This document shows positions 42,460-50,883 of a stretch of 64,000 nucleotides of DNA, piece after piece (position 1 is the first letter of the stretch; the number at the start of each line of letters is the position of its first letter). The DNA is from Parcubacteria group bacterium. GTDB taxonomy: Bacteria; Patescibacteriota; Patescibacteriia; UBA1558; GWA2-36-10. The stretch spans positions 6,835 through 70,834 of the forward strand of contig PQAE01000004.1 of NCBI GenBank assembly GCA_003104935.1, in the 5' to 3' direction. Position numbers and translations under genes: made by a program. The notes under the pieces are model-generated. The model was not told where the DNA came from. It saw only the letters and a program-made list of their open reading frames with translations, and made no database searches.

Positions 42460-42767
42460 AAAAAATAGTCACTATACTTTGTCTTTTGTTAATAATATTT
42501 TTTGCTTGGTATAAAGCTAGAGATATTTATATTTATTTTAGCTATCAAAAAGATAAGCAGGAATTGCCGGCAACTGACTATTATAAATATTTAGGTCTAG
42601 ATTGTTATCAGCAAGGTAAGGATACGTATGGCTGTTGCATGTCTTCCTTAAAAGATATAGCCGCCGGTAATTATAAAGTAGCTCCGCCTGAGGGCTGTCC
42701 GATTGGTTCTGAACCAAAAACTTTGCGTTGTCTAGGGTCGTTAAAGTGGTGTCAGCCGGAAAAATAA
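42456..42767 (+). CDS. Small membrane-anchored Cys-rich protein
   Basis: N-terminal hydrophobic helix; six Cys in the C-terminal half; ATGA overlap with ppsA. Confidence 0.65.
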   Translation: MKKIVTILCLLLIIFFAWYKARDIYIYFSYQKDKQELPATDYYKYLGLDCYQQGKDTYGCCMSSLKDIAAGNYKVAPPEGCPIGSEPKTLRCLGSLKWCQPEK

Positions 42768-42819
42768 TTTTTAACCCCCTAAAACCTGCTGATAGGCAAT
42801 AAGCGGGTTTTTTGTATTA

Positions 42820-42848
42820 TTGACTTATTAGGCTATAATAATTATACT
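42820..42848 (+). promoter_or_regulatory. Sigma70 promoter of the tRNA cluster
   Basis: TTGACT-17nt-TATACT. Confidence 0.7.
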
Positions 42849-42862
42849 AATAATCGTTTTAC

Positions 42863-42950
42863 GGAGGGTTCGCATAGTGGCCTAGTGCACACGCTTGGAA
42901 AGCGTGCAACCCGCAAGGGTTCGAGAGTTCGAATCTCTCACCCTCCGCCA
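42863..42950 (+). tRNA. tRNA-Ser(GGA)
   Basis: Cloverleaf with long variable arm; anticodon arm CACGC-TTGGAAA-GCGTG; encoded CCA. Confidence 0.95.
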
Positions 42951-42965
42951 AATATATTAATGCAC

Positions 42966-43052
42966 GCCGAAGTGGTGAAATTGGTATACACGCACGGTTC
43001 AGAGCCGTGTGACCGTGAGGTCATGGAGGTTCAAATCCTCTCTTCGGCACCA
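42966..43052 (+). tRNA. tRNA-Leu(CAG)
   Basis: Anticodon arm CACGG-TTCAGAG-CCGTG; long variable arm; CCA. Confidence 0.95.
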
Positions 43053-43118
43053 AATTTCGACAAGAGTGACTTGTCGAAATTTGTCCCGAACGAAGTTGAG
43101 GGACAACGTACTAGATAA

Positions 43119-43194
43119 GGGCTGTTAGCTCAGTTGGTAGAGCGCTACATTCGCATTGTAGAGGTCGGGAGTTCGACTCTCCCACAGTCCACCA
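43119..43194 (+). tRNA. tRNA-Ala(CGC)
   Basis: CTACA-TTCGCAT-TGTAG; G3:U70 pair; CCA. Confidence 0.95.
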
Positions 43195-43272
43195 TGGTCG
43201 CATGGCTTCCACCTTCCCCCAGACTTGATCCGGGGTTCGGTGGACAGGCAGTTTCGTAATTCTTGAATATTG

Positions 43273-43349
43273 GGGCATGTAGCTCAGTTGGTTAGAGCGC
43301 TACATTCACATTGTAGAAGTCGGAGGTTCGAGTCCTCCCATGCCCACCA
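43273..43349 (+). tRNA. tRNA-Val(CAC)
   Basis: CTACA-TTCACAT-TGTAG; acceptor GGGCATG/CATGCCC; CCA. Confidence 0.95.
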
Positions 43350-43569
43350 TTTTTGAGAATCTCGCAGCGCCGAGCTATAGGCGAGGCGCGAAGACCCCGG
43401 CGCAGGCCGGGGCAGGTGCGACCACCATCCTTCGCTCCTTGTTACACTCGGAGCTACGGATGGCAGGCCATTTTACAAACAAAATTTGCCTTAACTTTTC
43501 GGGCCATTGGCCCGCCAAAGCTCAAAGGCGTAGTCGGGGGTTAGCGCAGTTTAGTGAGAGAGTTATAAT

Positions 43570-43644
43570 CGGGGTGTAGCGCAGTGGTAGCGCGCACGGT
43601 TCGGGACCGTGAGGCCGTGGGTTCAAATCCCACCACCCCGACCA
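43570..43644 (+). tRNA. tRNA-Pro(CGG)
   Basis: CACGG-TTCGGGA-CCGTG; acceptor CGGGGTG/CACCCCG; CCA. Confidence 0.95.
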
Positions 43645-43768
43645 ACTTAAACTTTTTTCAAATTCAAAGGCGGTTTTAAAAATAAATACGCGGCTCGGTA
43701 GCCGTTTTTTGTTTTCTCTAGTGGTAGTTTAGCTTCGCTTTTGTTATAATGTATAAGGTTTGTAACAT

Positions 43769-45472
43769 ATGCTGTGGAAAAAAATTACTAAAACATTTAC
43801 AATATTTTTTTCGCTTTTTGGCTGGCTGATAGCGGCCCTACCTCCTTTTAATATTGAGATACCGAACGCTCGAGCGGCGGTGCCTTCCGGTGTCATCGTG
43901 GCCTGGCCTTCTACCAATGATACTATACCCACAGGATGGTCAGAGGTGACGACTCTGTCAACATATTATTTGGAAGGCACTACCATTGATCCGTCGGCTG
44001 TAGCCGGCGGTAATACTACCCATACTCATACCTCGCCGACCCATACTCATACCGGCCATACTCATACCGGTACCACCGGAAATGGCAGTAGTGCTAGTGT
44101 GGCCACTACTAATGCCGGTACTGCCGGCGCGGCCAATGCTCATGCTCATGCCGTTACTGTCGGTGCTTCCGCCAGTAATGTTGCACAATCGGCCAATCTA
44201 GGCACTGCTTCCAATGATCCGCCCTATACTACCGTTATCTGGATAAAGTCAAACGGGACCACCGACATACCGGTCGGAGCCTGGGCCTATTTTAATGCTA
44301 CTGCGCCCAGTGGCTGGTCAAGTCAAAGTGCCGGCAGATATTTAAAAGGTACGACTAACGGCGGTAATGGCGGAGCTACTGGCGGCACATCAAATGCCCA
44401 TACACATACGGATAGCGGACATACCCATACCGAAAGCGCCCACACTCATACCGGAACTACCAACGCCACAGCAAGCAAGGTGAATACTGCGGCCGGTTCA
44501 GGATATTCTACCGGGGGTCATACGCACAGCGTATCTAGTAGTGGTGTAACAGCCACAGAACAGCCAGGGGTGGGAGTTTTGGCTAATGCTGACGGTCAGC
44601 CGCCCTTTTATATATTGAATACTATTCAAAATGATAATGCTTCCGCTTCCTTGCCGCTAAATGTGATTGCCATGTGGGACGGAACAGTGGACACGATTCC
44701 GGCCGGCTGGAAACTCTGCGACGGCAATAATAGCACCCCTAGTCTTAATGATAAATTCATAAAGGGGGCTAGCACTGATTTAGAGATTAGCAGTACCGGC
44801 GGTGCTTTGACTCACACCCATGCCGCCAGCACAGCGCACAGTCATACCGTAGATTCACACACCAATACTTTTACTGTAAGCGGAGACACTGGATCGCAGG
44901 TAGTTAACGCTAGTAAAACCGGAAGAAGTATTATCGGATATGATCATACCCACACCTTGTCGATTACCGGCGGGGGAACCACCGGAACTGGAACCATTAC
45001 CGCCGACGCCAACTCGGTCAATGATAATCGGCCGCCCTATAAAGAAATAGTCTATATCCAGTACCAGGGCGTGGCCATATCTATCAGTTTGACGACTGAC
45101 GGCTCAGTGAATTTTGGCACCTTGTCAGAAAACACCACTCAGGATAATACCGCCAGTGGTGTCAATGATGTGGAGGTGGTGTCGGTAGATAGCGGCACCG
45201 CCAAACTCTCCATAAAGAGTACAGTTTTTACGCAGGGAGGAAATACTTGGACCCTGGGCGCCAGTAACGGCACTAACCAAGTGAAGTGGGAGTTTGCTTC
45301 ATCTACTACCAATTGGCTGACTTTTTCCAGCGCTGGCACTGATTATACTCTGGAAAGTAGCGTGGCGGCGCCTAACACCAGAAATATTTATTTACGCCTA
45401 ACCACTCCTTCGCCTTCCAGCTGGTATACTGCGTTTAGTGCTTCGGTCACTGTTACCGCGTCAGCGCCATGA
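43769..45472 (+). CDS. Secreted protein with three phage tail-collar/HxH-like repeats and a C-terminal pilin-like domain
   Basis: Signal peptide ending ARA; three (P.G..AW..P.GW ... HxH-rich ... PPY/F) units; C-terminus resembles the 45575 protein. Confidence 0.8.
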   Translation: MLWKKITKTFTIFFSLFGWLIAALPPFNIEIPNARAAVPSGVIVAWPSTNDTIPTGWSEVTTLSTYYLEGTTIDPSAVAGGNTTHTHTSPTHTHTGHTHTGTTGNGSSASVATTNAGTAGAANAHAHAVTVGASASNVAQSANLGTASNDPPYTTVIWIKSNGTTDIPVGAWAYFNATAPSGWSSQSAGRYLKGTTNGGNGGATGGTSNAHTHTDSGHTHTESAHTHTGTTNATASKVNTAAGSGYSTGGHTHSVSSSGVTATEQPGVGVLANADGQPPFYILNTIQNDNASASLPLNVIAMWDGTVDTIPAGWKLCDGNNSTPSLNDKFIKGASTDLEISSTGGALTHTHAASTAHSHTVDSHTNTFTVSGDTGSQVVNASKTGRSIIGYDHTHTLSITGGGTTGTGTITADANSVNDNRPPYKEIVYIQYQGVAISISLTTDGSVNFGTLSENTTQDNTASGVNDVEVVSVDSGTAKLSIKSTVFTQGGNTWTLGASNGTNQVKWEFASSTTNWLTFSSAGTDYTLESSVAAPNTRNIYLRLTTPSPSSWYTAFSASVTVTASAP

Positions 45473-45574
45473 TTTTTTGCTTTAAATTAATTTTTGTTTA
45501 CGGGTAGTAGTGGCGTATTTTTGGTTTTTTTGAAATTGTGCTATAATAATACCGAAAATAAATAATAAAATATT

Positions 45575-46096
45575 ATGGAAAAGTCAAAAAATTCATTAGT
45601 TTTAGTAAGTATCTTAATGGTGGCTGGTTTAGCCATCATGATTCACGCTCGGGCGGCAACCGTCGTGACCGCCACTGTAACGGTGCGTAGTTTAGCCGTA
45701 TCACTAACACCGACCAGTTTTGATTATGGGACTATGGATTCTAATACTTCTTCCAGCACCTTGCAGATGTTCGCCGGTGCCGGTATTGTGGTTACCAACG
45801 ACGGTTCAGTTAACGAAGATTTTTATCTGACCGGTTCGGATACGGGCGCCTGGACCATTAACACGGCTGTGGCTTCAAATGTTTATGTGCACAAGTTTTG
45901 TAACGATACCGACGATGATTGCACTTCGCCTCCGACCAGTTATACTAATATGTCTACGGGAGCGACACCTTTAGATACAGCCATTGCCGAGGATGGAACC
46001 ACTGCTTTTCAGCTCCGGATTACCACGCCTAATCCCAGCACTATTTTTACTTCCCAAGAACCCACAGTGACGGTCACAGCCAGTGCCAGTAGTTAG
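45575..46096 (+). CDS. Small secreted Thr/Ser-rich beta protein, candidate pilin/filament subunit
   Basis: Signal peptide ending ARA; alternating ATVVTATVTV; FDYG; own TGCTATAAT promoter at 45539. Confidence 0.65.
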   Translation: MEKSKNSLVLVSILMVAGLAIMIHARAATVVTATVTVRSLAVSLTPTSFDYGTMDSNTSSSTLQMFAGAGIVVTNDGSVNEDFYLTGSDTGAWTINTAVASNVYVHKFCNDTDDDCTSPPTSYTNMSTGATPLDTAIAEDGTTAFQLRITTPNPSTIFTSQEPTVTVTASASS

Positions 46097-46117
46097 CGCT
46101 TTTATTAAATTATACTT

Positions 46118-46714
46118 ATGAAAAAATTGATCCTGTTTGCTTTGGCAGTTGCTCTGGCAATACCTCTGTTAGTTTCAGCGAAGATAGGTGTTGGTATTGG
46201 AACGGGAAAAATAGTAGTAGATCAGCAATTAAAGGCGGGCCTTATTTATAATATCCCTAATTTAGTAGTGATTAATACCGGCGACGAACCTTCGGATTAT
46301 AGTGTCGGCACTCAACGGGTAGAGGGCCAAAAAGAGTTTATCCCCGCTGCCGATTGGTTCAGTTTTGAACCAGACATCTTTTATTTAGAACCCGGACAAA
46401 CTCAAATCGTTAAGATAAAATTGACTTTGCCTATCCGGGGAGCGAAACCGGGAGATTATTTCTCCTTTGTTCAGGCTTATCCCGTTAAGAAAGAAATGCC
46501 AAAAGGCACCAGTGTCGGAGTGGCGGCCGCGGCCAAATTGTATTTTTCGGTTTCCCCGGCCAATTTTTTTCAGGGGATATATTATCGCTTAGCTTCGCTG
46601 ATCGTGCTGACTGCGCCCTGGAGCTACATCGTCTTTGTCTTGCTGGCGATTGCTACTCTGGGAGTTCTTATTCAAAAAAATATCAAGTTTAAAGTCAGTA
46701 TCGGTCGCAAATAA
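46118..46714 (+). CDS. Secreted Ig-like (PapD/DUF916-like) protein with C-terminal TM anchor
   Basis: V.NTGD, WFSF.P..F.L.PG, PGDY; C-terminal TM. Confidence 0.6.
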   Translation: MKKLILFALAVALAIPLLVSAKIGVGIGTGKIVVDQQLKAGLIYNIPNLVVINTGDEPSDYSVGTQRVEGQKEFIPAADWFSFEPDIFYLEPGQTQIVKIKLTLPIRGAKPGDYFSFVQAYPVKKEMPKGTSVGVAAAAKLYFSVSPANFFQGIYYRLASLIVLTAPWSYIVFVLLAIATLGVLIQKNIKFKVSIGRK

Positions 46715-46729
46715 ATTTTTTGCCCACTG

Positions 46730-47788
46730 ATGTCAAAAGCAAGCCGATTTTTATTAGAAATATTTCCCCTCTTAATCGTGGGGATATTTTTTGTTTGTTT
46801 CCAAATTTACGCGCTTAATAATCAAGTTAATCCTACTATTAGGGTCAGAGTTTGTGGAAACTTTATCGCCGAAGCTGGCGAGGAATGCGATACAAACGAT
46901 TTTGCGGGAAAAACTTGCGCTACTTATGGTCACAATACCGGAGTTTTGACCTGCAATCCGGATTGTACGGTCAATGCTACGGCGTGTTCTACCACTGTCG
47001 TGCCTCCGTCTCCGGGTGGAGGCGGTGGCGGTGGCGGTGGCGGAGCGCCGGCGCCGACGGTGACTAGAATAAATTTTTTGGGCCGAGCCTATCCTTTGAG
47101 TAAAGTGGTTTTGTTAAAAGATGGACAGTTAGCGATCGAAACTATCTCCGGGCCGGATGCTGTTTTTTCCTTGTCTCTGACCGGTTTATCCGCCGGTAAT
47201 TACAATTTTGCGGTCTATAGTGAAGATGCTGATCACCGCCGCTCCGCTTTATTTACTTTTCCGGTCTATATCACCAGCGGAGCAGCCACGACCGTTAGTG
47301 GAATATTTTTATCACCCACCATCGCTATCGATAAGATCGAGGTTAAGTATGGAGATGATCTGACCATTTTTGGGCAAAGTCTGCCAACGGCGACAGTGAC
47401 GATCAATGTGAACTCTAACCCCTCAATCTTAAAACAAACCCAGACCGATGCTAACGGAGTTTACCTTTATAAATTTGATACCACGCAGGTAGAGAAAGGC
47501 GACCACTCAGTCCGTTCCAAAACCGTAGCCGCCGCCGACATTAGCCCCTATGGTTTGAGTCTGGCCTTTAAAGTCGGAGAAAAAAATACCTTGAGTAATG
47601 GTGAGATCAACCCACCGGCGTCCGGCCGGGGAGATGTCAATAATGATGAGAGAATCAATCTGGTAGATTTTTCCATAGTCGCTTATTGGTATAAGAGAAC
47701 TAAGCCGCCGGCGGCGGCGGATCTAAATAGTGACGGCAAAGTCGATTTGATAGATTTTAGTATTCTTGCTTATTATTGGACAGGGTAG
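46730..47788 (+). CDS. Surface protein: Cys-rich module, poly-Gly linker, Ig-like domains, C-terminal dockerin
   Basis: CGN..E.GEECD; GDVNNDERINLVDFS and DLNSDGKVDLIDFS duplicated Ca-binding loops. Confidence 0.8.
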   Translation: MSKASRFLLEIFPLLIVGIFFVCFQIYALNNQVNPTIRVRVCGNFIAEAGEECDTNDFAGKTCATYGHNTGVLTCNPDCTVNATACSTTVVPPSPGGGGGGGGGGAPAPTVTRINFLGRAYPLSKVVLLKDGQLAIETISGPDAVFSLSLTGLSAGNYNFAVYSEDADHRRSALFTFPVYITSGAATTVSGIFLSPTIAIDKIEVKYGDDLTIFGQSLPTATVTINVNSNPSILKQTQTDANGVYLYKFDTTQVEKGDHSVRSKTVAAADISPYGLSLAFKVGEKNTLSNGEINPPASGRGDVNNDERINLVDFSIVAYWYKRTKPPAAADLNSDGKVDLIDFSILAYYWTG

Positions 47789-47880
47789 TGAAAAGCGACA
47801 TCCATTACTTTTTAATAAACATGAATAAAAAAATATTTTCATAAGTCAGGGCAGAAAATTTTAGTCGCTTTCTACTACCC
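47783..47880. repeat. Inverted repeat upstream of the GIY-YIG gene
   Basis: GGGTAGTGAAAAGCGAC ... GTCGCTTTCTACTACCC (15/17 match). Confidence 0.7.
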
Positions 47881-47936
47881 CGGGACCCAGTTATAAGTCG
47901 TTCCAGGATAAGTCAAAAAGATAAATTATTAATCTT

Positions 47937-48209
47937 ATGGTCAAATTTTATTACGTTTATGTGTTGCAGAGCAAAGTCACAGGTGATCTATATAAGGGAT
48001 TGACCACGCATTTAAATCAACGTTTACAACAACATAATAAGGGATTCAATTTTTCTACAAAAGGAAAAAGGCCGTGGATGATAATTCATTATGAGGCATA
48101 TCGTGACGAAAAAGATGCGAGACGGCGAGAAAAGTATTTGAAAACGAGCCAGGGAAGTCGCACGCTAAAACGTATGTTAAAAGAGTATTTTTATGCGCAA
48201 AAAAGATAA
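47937..48209 (+). CDS. Small stand-alone GIY-YIG endonuclease
   Basis: YYVYVLQS..LYKG.T..L..RL..HN.G..ST; A.RREKYLK. Confidence 0.9.
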   Translation: MVKFYYVYVLQSKVTGDLYKGLTTHLNQRLQQHNKGFNFSTKGKRPWMIIHYEAYRDEKDARRREKYLKTSQGSRTLKRMLKEYFYAQKR

Positions 48210-48260
48210 TTTTGGCTGTTTGCTACTATCCAGTAGGTTGATGAAGGGTTTGATACAAAA

Positions 48261-49145
48261 ATGAAACTGAAAATACAACTAATTTTATTTTGCTCCCTGG
48301 GTTTTTTTTGGCTAACCAGCTCGCCGGTTATGGCCGCCCAATTTTCCTTTCAGGCTCCGGCCACTGAAGTGGGTCTGGATAAAATCTGGACCGCCGAGTT
48401 ACGGGTAGATACGCAGGAGCAATATATCAATGCCCTGCAGGGAAAGATCTCATATCCGACGGATAAATTAGCAGTGACCGACATCAAAGATAACGGGTCA
48501 ATTATTAATTTTTGGGTGGAACGTCCGCGCGCTCAGGCCGGAGAAATATCGTTTTCCGGTATTATCCCCGGAGGCTATCTGGGCCAGGGACCGCTGTTTA
48601 CTGTTTATTTCAAAACCAGAACGCGCGGTCTGGCTACGCTTATCCAAAAAGAGGGGCAAGCCCTGCTTAATGACGGCCAGGGCACGGCTACGCCAGTAGA
48701 GTTGGCCAGTTATAATCTGAATATTTCCGTCCAAGCCCCGGAACAAAATGTTATTGCCGTAGAGACCAGGGACACTGAAGCGCCGGAGAAATTTGACCCG
48801 CTGATTACCCGGAGTCAGGATCTGGCCGGAAATAAATACGTGCTGATTTTTTATGCCCAAGATAAAGGATCGGGCATTGACCACTACGAGATCAAAGAAG
48901 GTTTGTGGGGATTTAAGCGGGCCACTAGCCCTTATGTCTTAGCGCGTCAGAAATTGGATCACACTATTTTAGTCAAAGCCGTAGATCGTTACGGTAATTT
49001 TACAATAGCCAAGGTCAGTCCGGTGGAGCCGGCGGTGTGGTATGAAAAATTACCTATTTTTGCTATAATATATATAATTGTCGGAGTCATTATCCTGCTC
49101 ATGATCAGAGTTTTATGGCGCAAAATAAAAACAAAACGCAAATAA
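48261..49145 (+). CDS. Cohesin-domain surface protein, C-terminal TM
   Basis: INALQG.I.YP..L, SII.FW.E.P, LLNDGQGT, DKGSGIDHYE. Confidence 0.75.
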   Translation: MKLKIQLILFCSLGFFWLTSSPVMAAQFSFQAPATEVGLDKIWTAELRVDTQEQYINALQGKISYPTDKLAVTDIKDNGSIINFWVERPRAQAGEISFSGIIPGGYLGQGPLFTVYFKTRTRGLATLIQKEGQALLNDGQGTATPVELASYNLNISVQAPEQNVIAVETRDTEAPEKFDPLITRSQDLAGNKYVLIFYAQDKGSGIDHYEIKEGLWGFKRATSPYVLARQKLDHTILVKAVDRYGNFTIAKVSPVEPAVWYEKLPIFAIIYIIVGVIILLMIRVLWRKIKTKRK

Positions 49146-50872
49146 AAAATAGAGCCCTTATTTTCGGTGTTTTTTTCGCGATACTACTTGTTTTTTGGAT
49201 TGTCCCCCGGGTGCAGGCGGCGACGATCTATCCTTCACCTACTTCCGGATCTTATGATGTCGGCAAAACTTTTAATGTTGGTGTCTATTTGTCCAGTGCG
49301 GATCAGGCGGCCAATGCGGTTTCTGGTACTCTGAGTTTTCCGTCGGATAAATTAGAAGTCACCGGAGTTTCCAAGAGCGGCTCGATCATAAATCTATGGG
49401 TGCAGGATCCGAGTTATAGCGCCGGCACAGTCAGTTTTGAGGGCATTGTCCTTAACCCCGGGTTTAAGGGTTCGGGCGGTAAAATTATTTCCGTCAGTTT
49501 TAAAACTAAATCGCCGGGCACGGCGAATCTGACTTTTACTTCCGGTTCAGTATTGGCTAATGACGGCCAGGGAACAAATATTTTAAGCGGTTTTGGTAGC
49601 GCCAGTTTTGGTGTCGAGGTGCCAACTATCGGCCCGGCAGCTCCAGAGGCGGAGACTCCGGCGGTGGCATCGGGCGTCTTGCTCGCACCGCCGATCACTT
49701 CGGAGACCCACCCCAATCCGGACTCCTGGTACAATAACAATAAAGCGATTTTTAGCTGGCAATTGCCGGCGGGCACTACGGCGACCCAGCTACTCGTGGG
49801 CGAAAAACCTCAGGTTACTCCCACAGTTACTTATAGTCCGGCCATTGCCACTCGGGCTTTGGACGCTCTAGATGACGGCGTCTGGTATCTGCATGTGCGC
49901 CTCAAAAACGCCAACGGCTGGGGCGGTATTACCCATTTCCGTTTTCAAATTGACACAAAAAATCCGGATTTTTTTAACATGAAAGTTTTGGAAGAGGCGG
50001 ACAAGACTATCCCCACCCGAACTTTATCTTTTGAGGCCGCTGACGAGATGTCCGGCATCAGCCATTATGAGATCCAGATTGACGACGGAGAATCTCAAAA
50101 ATGGATTGATGATGGTAGCCACAAATATACTACGCCGGCGCTGGGTCCCGGGCGACATGTGCTGATAGCCCGAGCAGTGGATAAGGCCGGCAATTATCTC
50201 AGTAGTTTTAATGAATTTTTTATTGATGCGCTACAGCCGCCGCAAATTACCGATTATTCCAAAGAACTGACCGCCGGCAGCATGTTTGTAGCCAAGGGCA
50301 CGGCTTATCCTAACTCTCAGGTAGTGGTCTGGCTACAAAAAGATAAAGCAGACGCCCAGAGCGCTACGGTCAGTTCTGACAAAGAGGGAAAATTTACTTT
50401 TATCGCCGACCAAAAATTAGCTGACGGCTTATATCAGCTCTGGGCTGAAGTGATCGATCAGCGGGGGGCTAAGAGCAGTCCCTCGGAAAAACTAACGGTC
50501 ATGGTCCAGCCGCCAAAAATCGTTCGGGTCGGTTCCTGGGTAGTCAGTATTCTCTCGGTGATTATTCCCCTGATCGCTCTGGTATTCCTATTGGTATTTA
50601 TGCTAATCTTCAGTTATCGCAAGTGGAGTATCATGCGCGGCCGGGTACGGCGCGAGGTCGGCGAGGCCGAGTCGGTCTTGCACAAAGAGTTCAACAACCT
50701 ACGCAAGAGAATCCGGGCTCATCTGAAGATTTTGGAGCAGGTCAGCAAGAAGAAGAAATTAACCAAGGAAGAACAGTTGACCATGGAAGAATTACGCCAG
50801 GAATTAGCGTCGGCCGAGCATAATGTCGAGAAGGAGATCGAAGATATCCGTAGAGAAGTTAATAAAAAATAA
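49115..50872 (+). CDS. Cohesin plus Ig-like surface protein, TM and cytoplasmic coiled coil
   Basis: ANAVSG.L.FP..L, SII.LW..P, VLANDGQGT, S.THP..WY; Ig repeats. Confidence 0.78.
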   Translation: MAQNKNKTQIKNRALIFGVFFAILLVFWIVPRVQAATIYPSPTSGSYDVGKTFNVGVYLSSADQAANAVSGTLSFPSDKLEVTGVSKSGSIINLWVQDPSYSAGTVSFEGIVLNPGFKGSGGKIISVSFKTKSPGTANLTFTSGSVLANDGQGTNILSGFGSASFGVEVPTIGPAAPEAETPAVASGVLLAPPITSETHPNPDSWYNNNKAIFSWQLPAGTTATQLLVGEKPQVTPTVTYSPAIATRALDALDDGVWYLHVRLKNANGWGGITHFRFQIDTKNPDFFNMKVLEEADKTIPTRTLSFEAADEMSGISHYEIQIDDGESQKWIDDGSHKYTTPALGPGRHVLIARAVDKAGNYLSSFNEFFIDALQPPQITDYSKELTAGSMFVAKGTAYPNSQVVVWLQKDKADAQSATVSSDKEGKFTFIADQKLADGLYQLWAEVIDQRGAKSSPSEKLTVMVQPPKIVRVGSWVVSILSVIIPLIALVFLLVFMLIFSYRKWSIMRGRVRREVGEAESVLHKEFNNLRKRIRAHLKILEQVSKKKKLTKEEQLTMEELRQELASAEHNVEKEIEDIRREVNKK

Positions 50873-50883
50873 TCATAAATTTT

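Noticed and set aside
42885-43579. ORFs 42885-43118, 43340-43579 and 43353-43544
   Set aside because: They overlap tRNA genes and palindromic spacers
43196-50872. Prophage or integrative element at the tRNA cluster
   Set aside because: No integrase, terminase, capsid or lysis genes; the fibre-like protein has a Sec signal peptide
46730-50872. Cellulosome
   Set aside because: No catalytic carbohydrate-active domain is recognisable on the dockerin protein, and the cohesins are single
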